A stretch of DNA of 64,000 nucleotides, taken from the NCBI RefSeq assembly GCF_964355755.1, contig NC_092674.1, positions 22,630,001 through 22,694,000 of the forward strand, in the 5' to 3' direction. Position 1 is the first letter of the stretch, and the number at the start of each line of letters is the position of its first letter. The position numbers and the translations under genes were made by a program. This stretch comes from Antedon mediterranea (taxonomy: Eukaryota; Animalia; Echinodermata). Shown one piece after another: positions 11,926-26,154 of the stretch. The notes below the pieces were generated by a model. It had not been told where the DNA came from, ran no database searches, and saw only the letters and a program-made list of their open reading frames with translations.

Positions 11926-12791
11926 GATTACAATTGGAATGAACCTAATAAACATCACCCCAAACCGTCCATTTTATTTGGTTTTTTTTCTAGCTTGTAT
12001 TACTATTACCACACTCACCAACCCTTTTTCTTCTTAAAAACGAACAACCACGAGCAATACAAATCGATCTGTTTCTCTATATGATAGATAATAAACAGTA
12101 TTACCTCCGAAACAACCCTTTAAAGACGGAGTCCTCCATATCAAAGTAAAGCTTTAGCGCCCTCGTATAATGCTTTGAGATGTTGAGTATAGAAATACAA
12201 CTCTCACAATCTTTACCTAAAAATATATTGAAGTTGACTGGCAGCCAATTCAAGAACTGACTGCTGTAAATCAACCAACTGGTTTTAATGTTGATCTCTG
12301 TTTTGTTAGATGTTGTTGATTTATGTTGTTTTTTTAGCAATTTGATGGTTTTTTTTTAAATTTCAACTGTATCTTCGGATTTAAAATCTGACAGTCTTAA
12401 AAATAAAAAAAAAGATGCAAGGTATATTATAATTTAATGAGTTCGAAAAAAAATATTAATACCTGCAAGGCAATTTGGTAAATATACATATTTCAGGTTG
12501 CTGTACTCAACAGCGAGAGTTCAATATTTTAGTTTTAGTAAATGTCAAACACCTTTAATTGCTCCCAGAGCAACAGCGAAACTTTCTAAATTAATAATAT
12601 TTTGTATATTTTGTTGTTGATCATAATCAGATAAGATGAAAATATATCCGACAAGTTTAAAAAACATCTTTACTTTAGTGTTCACATAGTATGTTATTTA
12701 TTAGTAATGTCAGAGTGACATTACTTTTTCCTGCTGACAACATCTTATTGTTTTCAACTCTGTTAGATTAGTCAGAATATTCTCGCCATAT

Positions 12792-13393
12792 ATCATTAGG
12801 AGGCCGAAGATTTTGATTTTGGACGGTCTATGATGACCTAGGCATTACGTCATTTCGGCCCAAAGTGCCCGATTGCGAAGGTCGTGTACCCAAACAAAGC
12901 GGGTCTGTGGTAACAGTATACAAGATACCAGAACCTAGAATCGAAGAAACCCGGAGTCCGGCGACTTGAAAAGAAATGTAGAACTCACACACATGCGCAC
13001 TTAGTCTGGGCTCCAGACGGAGTTTTTTCTTAATATTAGTAAAAATATAAATATTTTTGCACATATGGCGTTTCATACGTGTATTACTTGAGTTTGGATA
13101 CTCCGTCTGGGGAAACACGCAAAAGTCACGTGGTTTGACACCAAGAATTCTTGGTGCATAGATTATCCGGTAGACTAGTTTCAGCTGCATGCGATTGGCT
13201 ACTCACTCGTACACTGTTTTAATATTCATATTTCAGAATTTCAAAGACTCAACAACTAAGATGGTACGCATGCGCTATGTTACGTTTAGACAATGTGTAC
13301 TTTGGGTACATTGATGAAAGTTTCTGAAGGCTAGAAAGGATTTTATATGGATCATTTAATCAGGGAGATGTAATTTACATCTCCCTGATTTAA
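12792..13393. mobile_element. Unclassified repeat-like segment ending in a perfect palindrome
   Basis: Higher-GC block ending AATCAGGGAGATGTAA-T-TTACATCTCCCTGATT (13358-13390). Its CTCCCT end resembles the ends at about 22600 and 23855. Confidence 0.3.
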
Positions 13394-13987
13394 TATTACG
13401 CGGAGATAATTTGATTTAATTCCCACCCAGACCTGTCCTGTTCTGTGTAGTGGTGTAGCCCTGTTGTGTGTGAATCCTGTTGTGTGCCGGTGGTGGTATT
13501 ATGTAGGCCTACCTTATTGGCGTTTTATTTGGCAGGTCATACGTGCGAGTTGAGTAGGACCTACGAAGGAGGCCTAGGCCAAGGACTAAACAATTAATAA
13601 ACAAAACAACTTGGCAACACGATTTCATATTTTAACAGTCTCGATCGTACATTCAGCACTGTACGTAGGCCTACTCGATCTTTTTCATTTTGAAACAAAA
13701 TGATCATTGGTTGATTCGAAATCCATATTTACATACCGCCCGCCCCATATAGCCAAATACGGTATGATAACCTACGTCATTCTTATCGGATGTTTGCGGT
13801 CTGCAAATCGATTTCTGTACGTGTTTCACAAGTCTGTATTTTCAGACAAAAATCGCGGTCGAAATAAAAACAAATAAATTAAAAAAAAAACAATACAGAC
13901 TCAAGTCAAGTCTAATGCGCACTATAAAATAATATTACGACTTAGGTCCTATGTCGTCGCTACTTCGAAAGCTCAAATTGTGAAGTA

Positions 13988-16293
13988 CTAGATGGTACGC
14001 TCGCTTCGCTCGCGTACCATCTAGGTCGTGCCCACAGATGGTTCTCGAATACATAATAATTTCAGCGTTAAAGAACTGGCGATTTCAAATGTACGTACCG
14101 CAGGACAATAATACATGTCGTTTACAGGAACGAATAAATAGACACTGTGATTTATGTACTCAACTAAAATTAGCACCCTGGGAATTACTTCCGAAAGAGA
14201 AACTTGTCACGAGTTTAAGTCAAATTTAAACAAACTTAATTTGTGTTTTATATGTAACATTAGGGTTGAGGGATGGGGAAGAGGATGGGTGCAAAGAAGA
14301 ACAATTTTTAAATATATTCTTTATCCATTTAGTAACGAAATATTAATTGTTTTCATGTTTTACAAATAATATACCATTATACACAGTAAAACATTGCGAT
14401 TTAATACTTTGTTGAAACTATCACCGTCGATTGAAATAGTATAGTACATGTAACGATACATCTCTACGACGTGTATAATATGTTTATATAATTTAAAACA
14501 ATTTGTGAAAACCACCTCTATTCGGGCAAAATCTAACATTCGATTTAATGGTCAATAAATATTAAATTATCTAACTCAACTTAATTAGTAGGCATAATGG
14601 TTTTCAATTGTTTCTTAGAGCCAATTCATACTTAAGTTGGTTCCTACCCTACCCTCCAAAGTTGTTCTGCGTTTAGGGCATGTGATGTACCGTAGGCCCA
14701 TCCTCTACTGGTTTTACAACGCTACTCATGCCAGTGAGGGAAGGGTGATGATGTGGGTGGTTAAACTGCAATAATAAAGATGTGTACATAATATACGGCG
14801 AGTGAAAGCGCTAGCTCATTATCTGTTTAAAAAAATCTATATCCAACCTCTGCAGCACAGATTGAAAAAAAAATGGATCGAATTTCTGTTATGAGTATAC
14901 AGTACTTGCCTTTACGACGCCTGAGGGAATAGACACTTGTGGAACAGAGATTGGAATGTTCCATTCATTTCAAATCAATACATTTGCATAAACGTATATT
15001 AAATCTATCAAAATAGTATTTTTTTAAGAAAATCGGCCTGTCTTCAACATTATGATACTGTACTCGAGCTGTTCAACCGGTTTTCAGCTATTAAAAACAA
15101 TTATCGTAGGAGGAGATAGGAAAATGCGAAGCATCCTCGTATTATTGTCTGCGGGTATTTTTCAAGACGGACATCCATTAGACAGTGTATACCATGATCG
15201 AAAAACACCCCTATTTGGGGCAAATCGTTGAACCTAAATTCGTTTTAATCGTCAATAACTAATTATCGAACTCAATTTAATTAGTAAACAGGGTTACATC
15301 TGGTGGTTAAAATCAGTACCGAAAGTACGAACCAACTTTATATACCATCGAGTAAACATTCTAGAAATAACGCGCGATTTACCGAATTTTGTATATCCCT
15401 ATACTCCCCATCGTCCACCCCACTCTATTTTTTTTAAAACAAATTCTTCCCAGTGATGGACAAATTCAATTCAACTTTTGATTCAAAATGAGAAGGGTAT
15501 ACATAGCCACAATAGGCCTATGGTTTAAGTACGTTGTAAACTGTGTAAATGAATAAGTGTCATATTGGCTGATAATTAAAATATCTAATGTTGATACTGC
15601 GGTCCCCCCAGTCTTCTTTCTCCTCTCACCATCCCAGCCACAATCAACAAACCTTAACTCCTCCCCTGGACAGTTCAAAATGTAGTAACATTTCCTAGTA
15701 CAATTCCAATCATATAGGCTACTTCATTACGCCAGCATTTTCGCTCCTCCTCCTTCCAACACACCCCAGATACTGGATGAGGTGTTTAAGACGGTTCAAA
15801 TGTACAAATTATGTTAGCCATCACTCCCAACCCATAATCCCTCAGTGGCAGTGGCAAATAATTATAGTTTCGGTCAAGGTGTTAGGCCTACATCCCCACC
15901 CCAAACTCCCAGCCCCTTCCCATGGATAATTTAAATACATTAACAATTTCCTACCACAATTCCGGTCAATTTGATAGCCTATTACCCCTAGCCTAAGCAA
16001 AATCCCCACTATCCCCTAAACCCCCCAACTCCCACACCCTATCTCCCATCCCCCCTCGCCCACCAAATACCCATTTGTATACCGAACAAACATCGAAAGT
16101 GTGGAAAAGTGGGCCATTTTGACCATATTTTGGCCGCTAACTTTGATCCTAGATGGCGCATGATATTCAAATATAGTTTAAAACCTTCCCTGTACAATTG
16201 CGGTCATTTTGATGCACAATTAACAAACATTTGTACGAACAAACAGACAAACGTATTCACTCACTTCACGTGCTCACTTGCTTATAATATAGA
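13988..16293 (-). mobile_element. Full-length non-autonomous Helitron (about 2.3 kb)
   Basis: Minus strand: A|TCTATATTATAAG at the 5' end (16293) and CTAG|T at the 3' end (13988), preceded by the hairpin ATGGTACGC...GCGTACCAT. No TSD. This is canonical TC...CTRR inserted between A and T. Confidence 0.8.
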
Positions 16294-19200
16294 TGTTTAC
16301 ACGCTTGTTATCGGATTTGAGTCGACGCATGGCTAATTTACATATTTCTCGGTCCTCCTGTTGTTAAGTAACTCCTTTGTATTTAAAGCACAACGCGCTA
16401 TTCTTCTCTCTCTGTTCGGTCACGACTGGCATTGAGTGTGTTTAAAATACCAATCAATGGATCTCAATGAAATATAAGTGTGGCTGTGTATGTTCTGTTA
16501 TGATGTGTATGTGCCAGTGCTTCAATCCATCTATATTGTTCTGTGTTGAAATGGGCGCTAACGTCAAACATACCACGGATACCTGTCGGGAGTTATATCG
16601 GAGGTACAATATTGTATAGGCCTAACAGATCAGCTTTAATTCAGATCGTGCGAACGCACGTTATTTACATTCCCGTGTAATTTATATTAATTGAAATGTT
16701 TTTGTATTTAAAAATTACCTTGAATAAAAATGTAATAAAGTACATATAAAATGACATAAAAAATTCAGTTTTTAAATGTTGAATATAAAATTATATCGTA
16801 TCAAATTAATTGAAGAATGCTTTTTTTATTCTTCAACAGATTTTTAAATACGTACTTATTTTTACCATATACGCATGGCCTATCTTCAATGCAAACTGTT
16901 TTTACACGATTCAAGATGTTTTATGTCAGAGAACATGTAGACTGATGATTATCATAGATTCGTATTAGTTAGATGTTTGAAAACACGATGGAAACAAGGT
17001 TATTCTAGTGAACTGATTTTTTAAGGTTAGAGATTTTACTTTGAATAAATATTTATCTGTTACCACTCCCAATTTACACATAAATTTCAACATTTACGCT
17101 GATGTTTCATAAGAAGTCATTCTCACTAAAAGATACAATATTTGAGACAGGAAATGCACAGAAATGTACATTTAAGTAAGTTTTACCCTATAATAACGAT
17201 CGGTAGAGGACATACAGAAGACAATTGCCGACAACTGTCACTGTTGTCCTTTCTATCTAGACTATTTTCTGTATAATTACAAGAAGTTATTTTAATTCAT
17301 ACACACATTACCGCCTCCGTCGTAAATTTTAGCAAGCGAAATGTCGAGTTTTTTTCTTGCTTCTTGTAATGGCACCAAAAAGACAATTTAGCGAGTCTAG
17401 CGGGAATTATCAAAACCGTTCCACAACCGGAAAGCGACATTTATTGGTTACTAGGACAACAACTGAGAATAGCTATGTCTAATAATAATCTGTATGTTGC
17501 GCTATAATTACTAACGGAATGGGACAAATATCCGACAATCCTTTTGTCTTTACTGTTGATGAAATAATTACATTTGTAATAAGAGGCTCCGAGGCGTTGG
17601 CATTTAGAAACAACCGTTAATGTCTGCCATTTACAAAGTTGAGGCTTAACAATACGGCTTTCGGACTAGATAATGGTATTTTCCATCAAACTGTACATAA
17701 GCATACTAAATAGAAGCTTGTACGTGAAGAAATGCTTTATGGAAAACAAACAAAACTCTAATTACAGTAATGAAATTGGTAACAATGAAATAATTATAAA
17801 TAAAGTCGAACGATAACAAGGAAGACAATTATTAACTTAATTTAACATACTAAAAAAAAATAAATAGGTTTCGTAATAGCTTTTATCCAGTTGTTCCATT
17901 CGGACACTGAATGCTATGCTATCTCAGAGCTATCCTATAGGTTTGTATGCAAATGACAATAAATGGAAGTAATTTTCTGATGAATGGAATGTTTTGAATT
18001 GAAAAAATTAAATAAACAACATTTTGTTGTTAAATTAATACGATACATGTGTTTATATGAATAATTTCAGTTTAAGGCCAACTTATTCGAATTTCATTTC
18101 ATTTCCACAACTTGCTACGGCGTCATAGGAACTTCTTCTTTCTCGTACACTAATACTTCTATCCAATTTATTATGTAATTTCTGACGTGAACGCAAATAA
18201 GAAGTTAACAATTCACAGTTAGTTAACTAACGTGTCGCTCTAAATAGCTCCAGTTAAGTAATGTGAATAATCAGATTCTATGCAAAGTCTCATATACCAT
18301 GGTCATTAATTGTGTTATTGGTATTGGCTACGAGCGTTCTCCGAAATTTAAACAACTTAGCAATTAGGCGCAGCCACTGAATACACTAAATGCGTTTCTT
18401 AATCTCTCATTTGCGTTAGGTTTGGGTAAAAATGGCCGTTTATGCGTCATGTGAACTATTATTAGAGGCTAGCAAAATCTATAGGTTAAATTGTCGTAAT
18501 CATACCACAATGCCCTTTACCATTAAATATTATTAGATCGATCCTTATTTTTTTTATTATTCCATGTAGCATTTTCACCCCCTCTTTTTTTAAAGTGGAA
18601 ACTTTCTTCTGTCACTACAGCCAACCCCTATAAGTTGACCCTTTTAACAGTGAATAGTTATGGTTCTCTACTGTACCGTACACCGACGAAAATAAGCCGA
18701 CCATAATATTTGGGAACATCGCACTTTTTTTGTCAAACTAGTTTGATTGTGTATAGCTTTAGATTATATTTGATATTATTGACAATGTTGTTATTGCATT
18801 AATCGAAGGTGCATAATAGAGTAGGCGTATGTGGTCTAGTTGTTTACACGCTCTGTAGACGTAAATTTTAATCCGGTCAGAGGCCATACATTTATCATAC
18901 AGATGTTTTAAATGTAAATGTGTAAGGTTGAAGATAAGATCTAAAGGGACGATGTTACTCCACTTAAAACGATTATTGATTTATGTATATATATCCACAC
19001 ACATGTGTGTTATTATATAGGGACAGCGCCAACATATAAATAATCCAATTACAAACCATTATCTCCTTTCACCTATTATATTTATTATTTTTTTATTTTA
19101 ATAGCACAGTTTTAAAAAAAAGCTAAATGTGCAACATACAGTAACATAAATCATACGAAACTGTATGTTATTATTTTTTGTAATTTTTTTTTTATTGAAT

Positions 19201-19529
19201 CAACTAGGACACTCTCACACACAAACTAGTTTTTTTCCCGTGTTCACTCGGATTATTAAAAGTCATTATTCCCACAGTTTACAGTAAAATGTGTTACACG
19301 TTCCTTGTACAATTCCGGTAATACTGATACCATATGTGTATGATGGATGATGCGTGCCATAACAGCAATTTATATAATTGTACAAATGTACTAATTCCCC
19401 CACATACGGATTATTGTTTAATAAATGAAAAGAACTTAGGCCCTATTTGATTTAACGTGGATAAATAGTTTTAGTTTGGATTAGAGACCATCCGATGGAA
19501 TCGCGTCGTGCGCTGTATAGACCGGAAAG

Positions 19530-19770
19530 AGCAATGGTTCCAATGGTTCAATCGGACTAGCATTTAATGGGTTCGAGCATGTCTGTCATTTACCCTCTTG
19601 CCTCGTCATTCTGGTGAGACGTTGGTCCCGTCTACTATACATACACTACACACGAACTACACTATTTGAAAGAGTAGGGGTTGTCTCCCAGTGTGCTGAT
19701 CTGGGTAGGCGCTACACTGTTAGGTTCGCCGTGAAGGGCCTATACCGAATTTCCTCCTTCATTTATACTA
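19530..19770 (+). mobile_element. Degenerate tRNA-headed V-domain SINE
   Basis: GGGTTCGAG B-box-like sequence, then GGTGAGACGTTGGTCCC...CACTATTTGAAAGAGTAGGGGT..CCCAGTGT, resembling the V-domain. Confidence 0.5.
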
Positions 19771-20930
19771 GAACGATAAGATCCGAGGATTACTATACAG
19801 TATAATTATGCATTTTTTTTACATAAAACAAACAAAATGAGTAAGTTGTCATTCTAAAACCTGTTGATAACCATCATCTTTGATGAAAATAACAATTCCA
19901 CACGTCCAATGAAATGACGAGCAATAAGATCATGACTATGCGACGATTTTATTGTTCATGTTGTTCATGTTGTTGATCATGACGTCATGACGAATTAAAA
20001 CAATGTTGTTTTATCAACGACCGCATAAATGGTTATATCATAGTTCTAGAATGAAAAGTTTTTTTAATTTATGTTTGTTTTATGCAAGACATAAAAATAT
20101 GTTTATCTATTTAACGTCGATCGTTATCGTCCTAGTGTGTAGTAGCTTGTCTATGCTATTGTGGCAGTCGAATTTATTCGACGCTAGGCCTAAACATTGC
20201 TGTAGAACAATGACGCAACGTTATAGTTTGCCTTCCTCGGCAGACGAACGTTAAGCGGAAAACCGCGTAGCTTGTCACGCCATGAAAGAGTGACACATAG
20301 TTTTCGCTAAACCATGCGTCCGCTCCTCGTTTTGTTTGTAAATGGTCTTAAGAAATAAAATATTTTCTTTGTTTCCCGCTTACCCTTACCGCTCGTCTGT
20401 GTAAATCGGCCTCTAAGTCACGGTTGTAACTAAAGTTGACATGCAATTAGAACTCTGATTAACTACGGTATAACAATATAAATAAATAACTAAATAGCGT
20501 AAAGTACACTGACGGACCGTGACGTGTACACGGGAAAAGATATAGATCTTTAAGTATTGTAACTGAAAAACACGATAAATCTCCTACATGAGAATACAAA
20601 ATGAAACACTTCAGTTTTCTTTAGGAGCTATAGCTGTAAAAATCAAAGCCATGGTCTCTGATTTTATTAACGGATTTTAGCTTTTTGTTATTAGAATGAT
20701 GCCGGGAATTTACGCAACTAAATTTTATTTTTCTTATTGAATGCGTCCATACACAGTAGTTAAAAGTATACTTACTGCTAATATGTGCCGAGAGTAAAGG
20801 TTTACAATTATTTTAAGAGCAACAACGTTTTAAAAATGCAACTGAAGGGCTGCAGAATGCTCTCTTTATTATTTGTAATTTTGCGGTACAGCACGTAGTA
20901 TCTCACTAAAACTGATAATATCTCGCCGCT

Positions 20931-21180
20931 TTAAAGATATATTTTCGGCCTGAAAAAATATTTTTTTTTTTTAATTTGTTGATGTATATGATACTAATAT
21001 ATGATGCTATTTTGATATTACATATTAGTTATTCACGAACTATATTATTAAATATTGAATTTTACCGTTTACTTTTCTATTTTATAAGTGAAAGCATTAT
21101 TTGTCGGATTTTTTCTTCTATTGAAAATGGCCTTTGATTTTATTAATCTTTATTTTCATATTTTTGGGGACAATACAATT
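20931..21180. mobile_element. Kolobok-like MITE (family K)
   Basis: TTAA|AGATATATTTTC ... GGGGACAATACA. Confidence 0.45.
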
Positions 21181-21501
21181 TTTTTTTTATTTCTCCTCGT
21201 AGTAGTAGGTCTACATATCGATAGAATCGATTATACTTATATAAACTAACGGCTTTATAAAATAGTGATTTTGTTTGAGGAAATTGATATTATAGGCCTA
21301 TTTTTAAATTATCTATTTAATGCAAATTGCTTATATACGGTATAAATATATTATTATATATTTTATATATAGGCCCTATTTAATTAATAATACTTTATAT
21401 AAATAACGCCGCAGAGGGGTTTTAAGTTGTATGTAATGATTCAAGGTCAAATTAATAGTTATGAAGCAATCCCTAATCAGAGAAATGTAGATCAACTTTT
21501 T

Positions 21502-21782
21502 AAAGCTTGGTTCCCGCTATAGAGAGACGCAAATACATAGTTGCAACGCAAGCTAGTTGACCAATGACAAGCGACAGTTCGAATGATCCATCGCTTGTGA
21601 TTGGTCAAATCACTTACGCTAGGTTTTCACTAGGCGACACAACCTAAACCCAACGTATGCTAATTAACCAATGACAAGCGACAGGCAGTTTGAATGATCC
21701 ATCGCGTCGATGCGCTTATTATGTCCTTGCGTTGCATGTCTAGTGGGAACCGGTAGCGGTAGTAAAAGAAGGAACCAGGCTT
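21502..21782. mobile_element. PIF/Harbinger-like MITE family A (two nested or partial copies)
   Basis: TIR-like AAGCTTGGTTCCC..TAG..GCAACGCAAG / CCTTGCGTTGC..CTAGTGGGAACC, with an internal GACCAATGACAAGCGA...TCGCTTGTGATTGGTC fold-back. Related copies at 35231-35339 and 59103-59247. Confidence 0.55.
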
Positions 21783-22429
21783 GTAACCGATTTTGTGTTC
21801 ATTTAGATTGTATGGTTCACGTTACACTACCTTGAATCGTATACGAAAGCCTTTGATATTAGTTTTAAGTAAATGTTACCTCGGGCTAGGGATATTTTGA
21901 CGTAGCGTATGACGTGATTGTGAATTGGATGAATGAATAATTCTCTAATCTAAATCAACGTTTGCTTTACTAATTATATATATATATATATATACATATT
22001 AGTAATCTATTTCTAAATCCATTAATATTAGCCTGAGTAATCTGAAATCCGTTTCTTTAGGTTAGCTGGCCAATCACCAACGTACACAGCTCATATTCAG
22101 ATAACCATTCGCTCTGCCTCACTCTGATGATATACGTTGTTATTGTGTTCTTTTTATAGTTTTGACGCATTTTTTTGTGACGTGTTTTCTGTTTTCGGAA
22201 GTATTTTACTATGCTATTACAAACTCGTTACTATACAGTTACCGTACTATTCATTAATATCTTTTCCATGTACGTAACTATATTATTTTTGACGACATAA
22301 TATAAAAACAATTTAAGTTTCACCGAATTGTAATCTGAAATTCTAAAGAAACATTTTCTACACTACACAACCTAACAATATGTAAATGTATATTATTATA
22401 TCGTCAAAATGACAACACCCACCCCCTCT

Positions 22430-22606
22430 CCGCGACGACCAACAAGCAAACTACGTCATGCTAGTTCATTGTGCGCATGCGGAAATATTGGGACTGGATT
22501 CTTCAGCCTGGTTTCTAAGTTCAGGCGACGACCGACGACAAATCGATTGACCTGACCTAGGTTTGTCGTCGGTCCTAGATCGTCGCAAATCGAAATCTCC
22601 CTATTA
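22430..22606. mobile_element. Fold-back repeat fragment related to 23380-23860
   Basis: CGTCATGCTAGTTCATTGTGCGCATGCG is the reverse complement of about 23787-23816. Both end AGATCGT..AAATCGAAA.TCCCT. Confidence 0.4.
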
Positions 22607-24235
22607 TATCCAATCCAGTTGGCCTTAATTGTTTATTCATAACTCTACAATATTGATGAAGGGTAGGTCTGAGTTTTAAATTATAACGCTACACAAAAGT
22701 CTTGTAGTATTTAAAAAACGATTCCATTTAACGATGCTTGTTCTGCTTCACCGCTGTCGGAACAGGAGGGGAGTATGGAGTAGCATACCAATATTGTTTT
22801 AATCCCGAAGCTACCCTTTAAGCCATAAGTTGATAAACATAAGTTTTTACATTTACGTGTACGGGTACATAGTCTTATCGATCTGAGTGTTATAAATGAC
22901 AGCCATTACATTCCACTTACAAACCTTAACTTGACGTGCCATTAAATAGAACTTCTATCGTGAAATAAAACTGATTGTGAATGGTACTGTACGCAGTACG
23001 ATACTAATTTAATGGTCATATCTGCTACTTTTTTTACTTTAAGTTTGAATTTTCAAATAAAGTAATAAAGGCGGTCACTCTTTTCATGTGGGATCCAAAG
23101 GGAAAAGAGAAACGGAACCACAAAGGTTGTGTTACTAATAGCTATAAAAAGCGATTTTAGAAATGTATACATCGGCTTGTTACATATATATCGTTATTTT
23201 GCTCTACTAACAGTCCCTGCTGATGTTTCTTAACCCCGGCTATATTTGGATTGCATGTAAAGTCGAAAACACTCCAGCCAGTGCACGTACGGCACAATAT
23301 GACGTTCCATACCAGTTTTACTCTTGTGCAACATAACATCACTTTAGAACCCAGATACAGTAACTCGTGTTCACAGTCACAGTAATAGACTTCACGTCTA
23401 CTTTGTAGACTGATACCCTATGACGTTATTTTTATGATATGCGTATGCGCAAGGCGACTGACACGTCGACTGCCAAATCTTGTTCAATGACACTTTTGCC
23501 GCTGAGTAGGAGTGGACATATGACGTCATAACACTACTTACTTACTTACGGAACTTATTCGAAACGTTCATATATTAGTCGACGAGTCGACTACGACCCA
23601 TGTCGACGTGAACTTAATGCACGACCTAGAACTTATTACGTCATTTGTTTCAAGTCGTTGTTGTCAATATTTAGGTTTTTTCCGCACCTGAAACCGGTTG
23701 AAATGTGCGTTTTATGACACAGACTTTATCGACGAAATTGTTTCCAGTGACGACCTTGAAAAGAATTTACAAACAAAACTTATTAACGCATGCGCACAAT
23801 GAAGTAGCATGACATCATACTGTAGTTCCCAGATCGTTTCTAAATCGAAAGTCCCTTTATATTAATTGTTGACTGACGCATTACACCGATACAACATCAT
23901 TTATATAGGTATGTAATGCTGATAATTCAGAATATTGATTGGCAAAATGATTGACGTCACTAGTGGTACTTTCGTATAGTTGTACATTATTTGTTCGACT
24001 ATTTATTAATAACGACAAGCACATTATTCTCGTTTTTACATTGTCAAATCTAGCAATCAGAACTTGATTCAGATGAAAGAAGAAAGTGTCAGAAGAAGGC
24101 ACTATTTAATATGCGTAGAATTAGTAAATTTTGAAATACAAGTTCTTCATAGCAAGTAAGTACTGGTATTCGATATATGCATAAATAATACACCTACGTA
24201 GTTACATAAAAAATATGACTGGAATAGTTTGATAA

Positions 24236-24322
24236 GGAGGTGTTTGGACGATATTTAGAGGTGTGCTGACGATGTTTGGGGGTGTCCAGACGGTATTTAG
24301 AGGTGTTCAGCCGGTATTTAGA
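24236..24322. repeat. 21-bp degenerate tandem repeat, about 4 copies
   Basis: GAGGTGTTYRGACGRTATTTA units. Confidence 0.75.
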
Positions 24323-24990
24323 AAGGTTAAAAAGGTACGGTTATAGAAAGAAAGTTTAAACCCACATTTTTTAAGGACTACTGATGATTTATTGACAGAA
24401 TTGTATGGGATGTTTGTTTTTGTTTCATCATATTCATCGAATGTTTACCGCCCTCTACAATATTATAGTAGGCCTGCAACATTAATCATGAATGTTGATA
24501 AGTTAAATAGAAAGGAATTTCATTAGTTGAAATATTGACTATTCCATCCCCGTTGAATAAAAGAGTCATGATTTGGGTATAGATTGGTAACAAAGCGGAT
24601 CTCGCTATGTTTTTTGTATTCGGTCGAGTTAAAAAGTATGTTTAAAAAGACACCTGGCAACACCATTATACAAAATAGCAGAAGAAAATGTTGAAAACCA
24701 TTTGATTAGGCCCTAATCCATCGTAAACAAAAAACTAAATATTCAAACGTAAACTAAACACTTAAATAAACAGCGTATTTTTACCTAAACATTAATATCT
24801 CAAACACCGGGGGTTCTTTGTTCATCTCAAAATCTAGTGAAGTAAATTTAAAAAATTTAGAAATGATCAGCTTAACGACATAAACATTAAAAAGTTGTTA
24901 AAGTTCTTAAAATTATAACCTTACAGTTTGAGGGCTAATTCTTTCGTAAATATTATTAATTAGTAGTTTTTTTTTTCATGTAACGTGTAA

Positions 24991-25148
24991 AGCTCTGTTA
25001 ACGCTATGAAACGTTGGTGACAAAAAATGTGATGTGCCGATATATGGACATGATGATGTGATATCACTACCGTATTTAAGCATATCACTACTATATTTGG
25101 GTACATCACTCTTTTTTGACAAAATAGTTTGATAGTGTAGAAAGAGCT
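24991..25148. mobile_element. PIF/Harbinger-like MITE family B
   Basis: TAA|AGCTCTG...AGAGCT|TTA (TWA-type target). Partial copies at about 18700-18760 and 45290-45387. Confidence 0.6.
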
Positions 25149-25167
25149 TTAGTCATGTTTTATAAAC

Positions 25168-25428
25168 CTATTATTTAGCTTTGCTGTAAAGTCATTTCCC
25201 ATTTTCCTATAGCTATAGACATCTTAGATTAGTAATTATTGCGTTGAGCTAGCAGTAACGTTAATCAAAACGTTGATTTATCGGTAATAACGTCATTGAA
25301 TTGATTGAAAACACTGATTTATCGGTAATATCGTTATGTATCGCTGGTGACGGTAAAGTGTTATTGACGGTGCTAATAGTACAGACGGCGTTGGTGGGGA
25401 ATGAGTTTACAGCAAAGCTAAATAATAG
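25168..25428. mobile_element. MITE with about 33-bp terminal inverted repeats
   Basis: CTATTATTTAGCTTTGCTGTAAAGTCATTTCCCA ... TGGGGAATGAGTTTACAGCAAAGCTAAATAATAG. Confidence 0.7.
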
Positions 25429-25869
25429 ATATATGGATCATTATTGTATTTAAATACATGACTGTTCTAGTGTGTCGAAAAACGATGACAAGTTTCGAAA
25501 GAATTATGTGAACTAAACTAATTAAGCCAAGTTTTAAAAGAAACACATCGGAGTTTTGCATTTTTTGTTGTTGAGGGACTTATTTTAACATGAGAGTGAA
25601 GTACAGTCGTTCTTTGGACACTTCAATCAACGCACCAAGTACCAAATTAAAGACCAGTCTGAATGCACCCTTGTTTTTCCTCAGATCTTTTATTGTATGT
25701 ACGTGTTTTGGGGTTTTTTCACATGTTGGCTCTGTCGTTTTACCTTCACCCACAATTCGTTGATGAGCTGTACAGGGATTAGCGAACCAAGCACCAAACC
25801 AAATACTTTGTAACACTTTTAGATCGCTATACCATTCGATGGACAACTAATGACTTCTTTACGTTTTTA

Positions 25870-26154
25870 TAAAAATGCATTGTCCACTTATTAAAAACAC
25901 GAAGAAGTTTAATTAAAAAAAAGACTTTAAATAGACTATTTCGCAGTTTTAATAAAAGACAAAACAAACGATTAAATTCAACCAAATACCCTATTCGACA
26001 ATTTTTTCCTTTAAATTACAGTTTTTCAGGTAAATAATTGTTTTTGTCTATCCAATTTTTTAGGTCAATGTGAATAACTAGTGTGTGATACAAAAAAAAA
26101 ATGGCATATTTCACAACAATCTTTTTTTTTCTTTAGGGGACAATATATCTTTAA
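25870..26154. mobile_element. Kolobok-like MITE (family K)
   Basis: TAAAAATGCATTGTCC ... GGGGACAATATATCT|TTAA. Confidence 0.5.
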
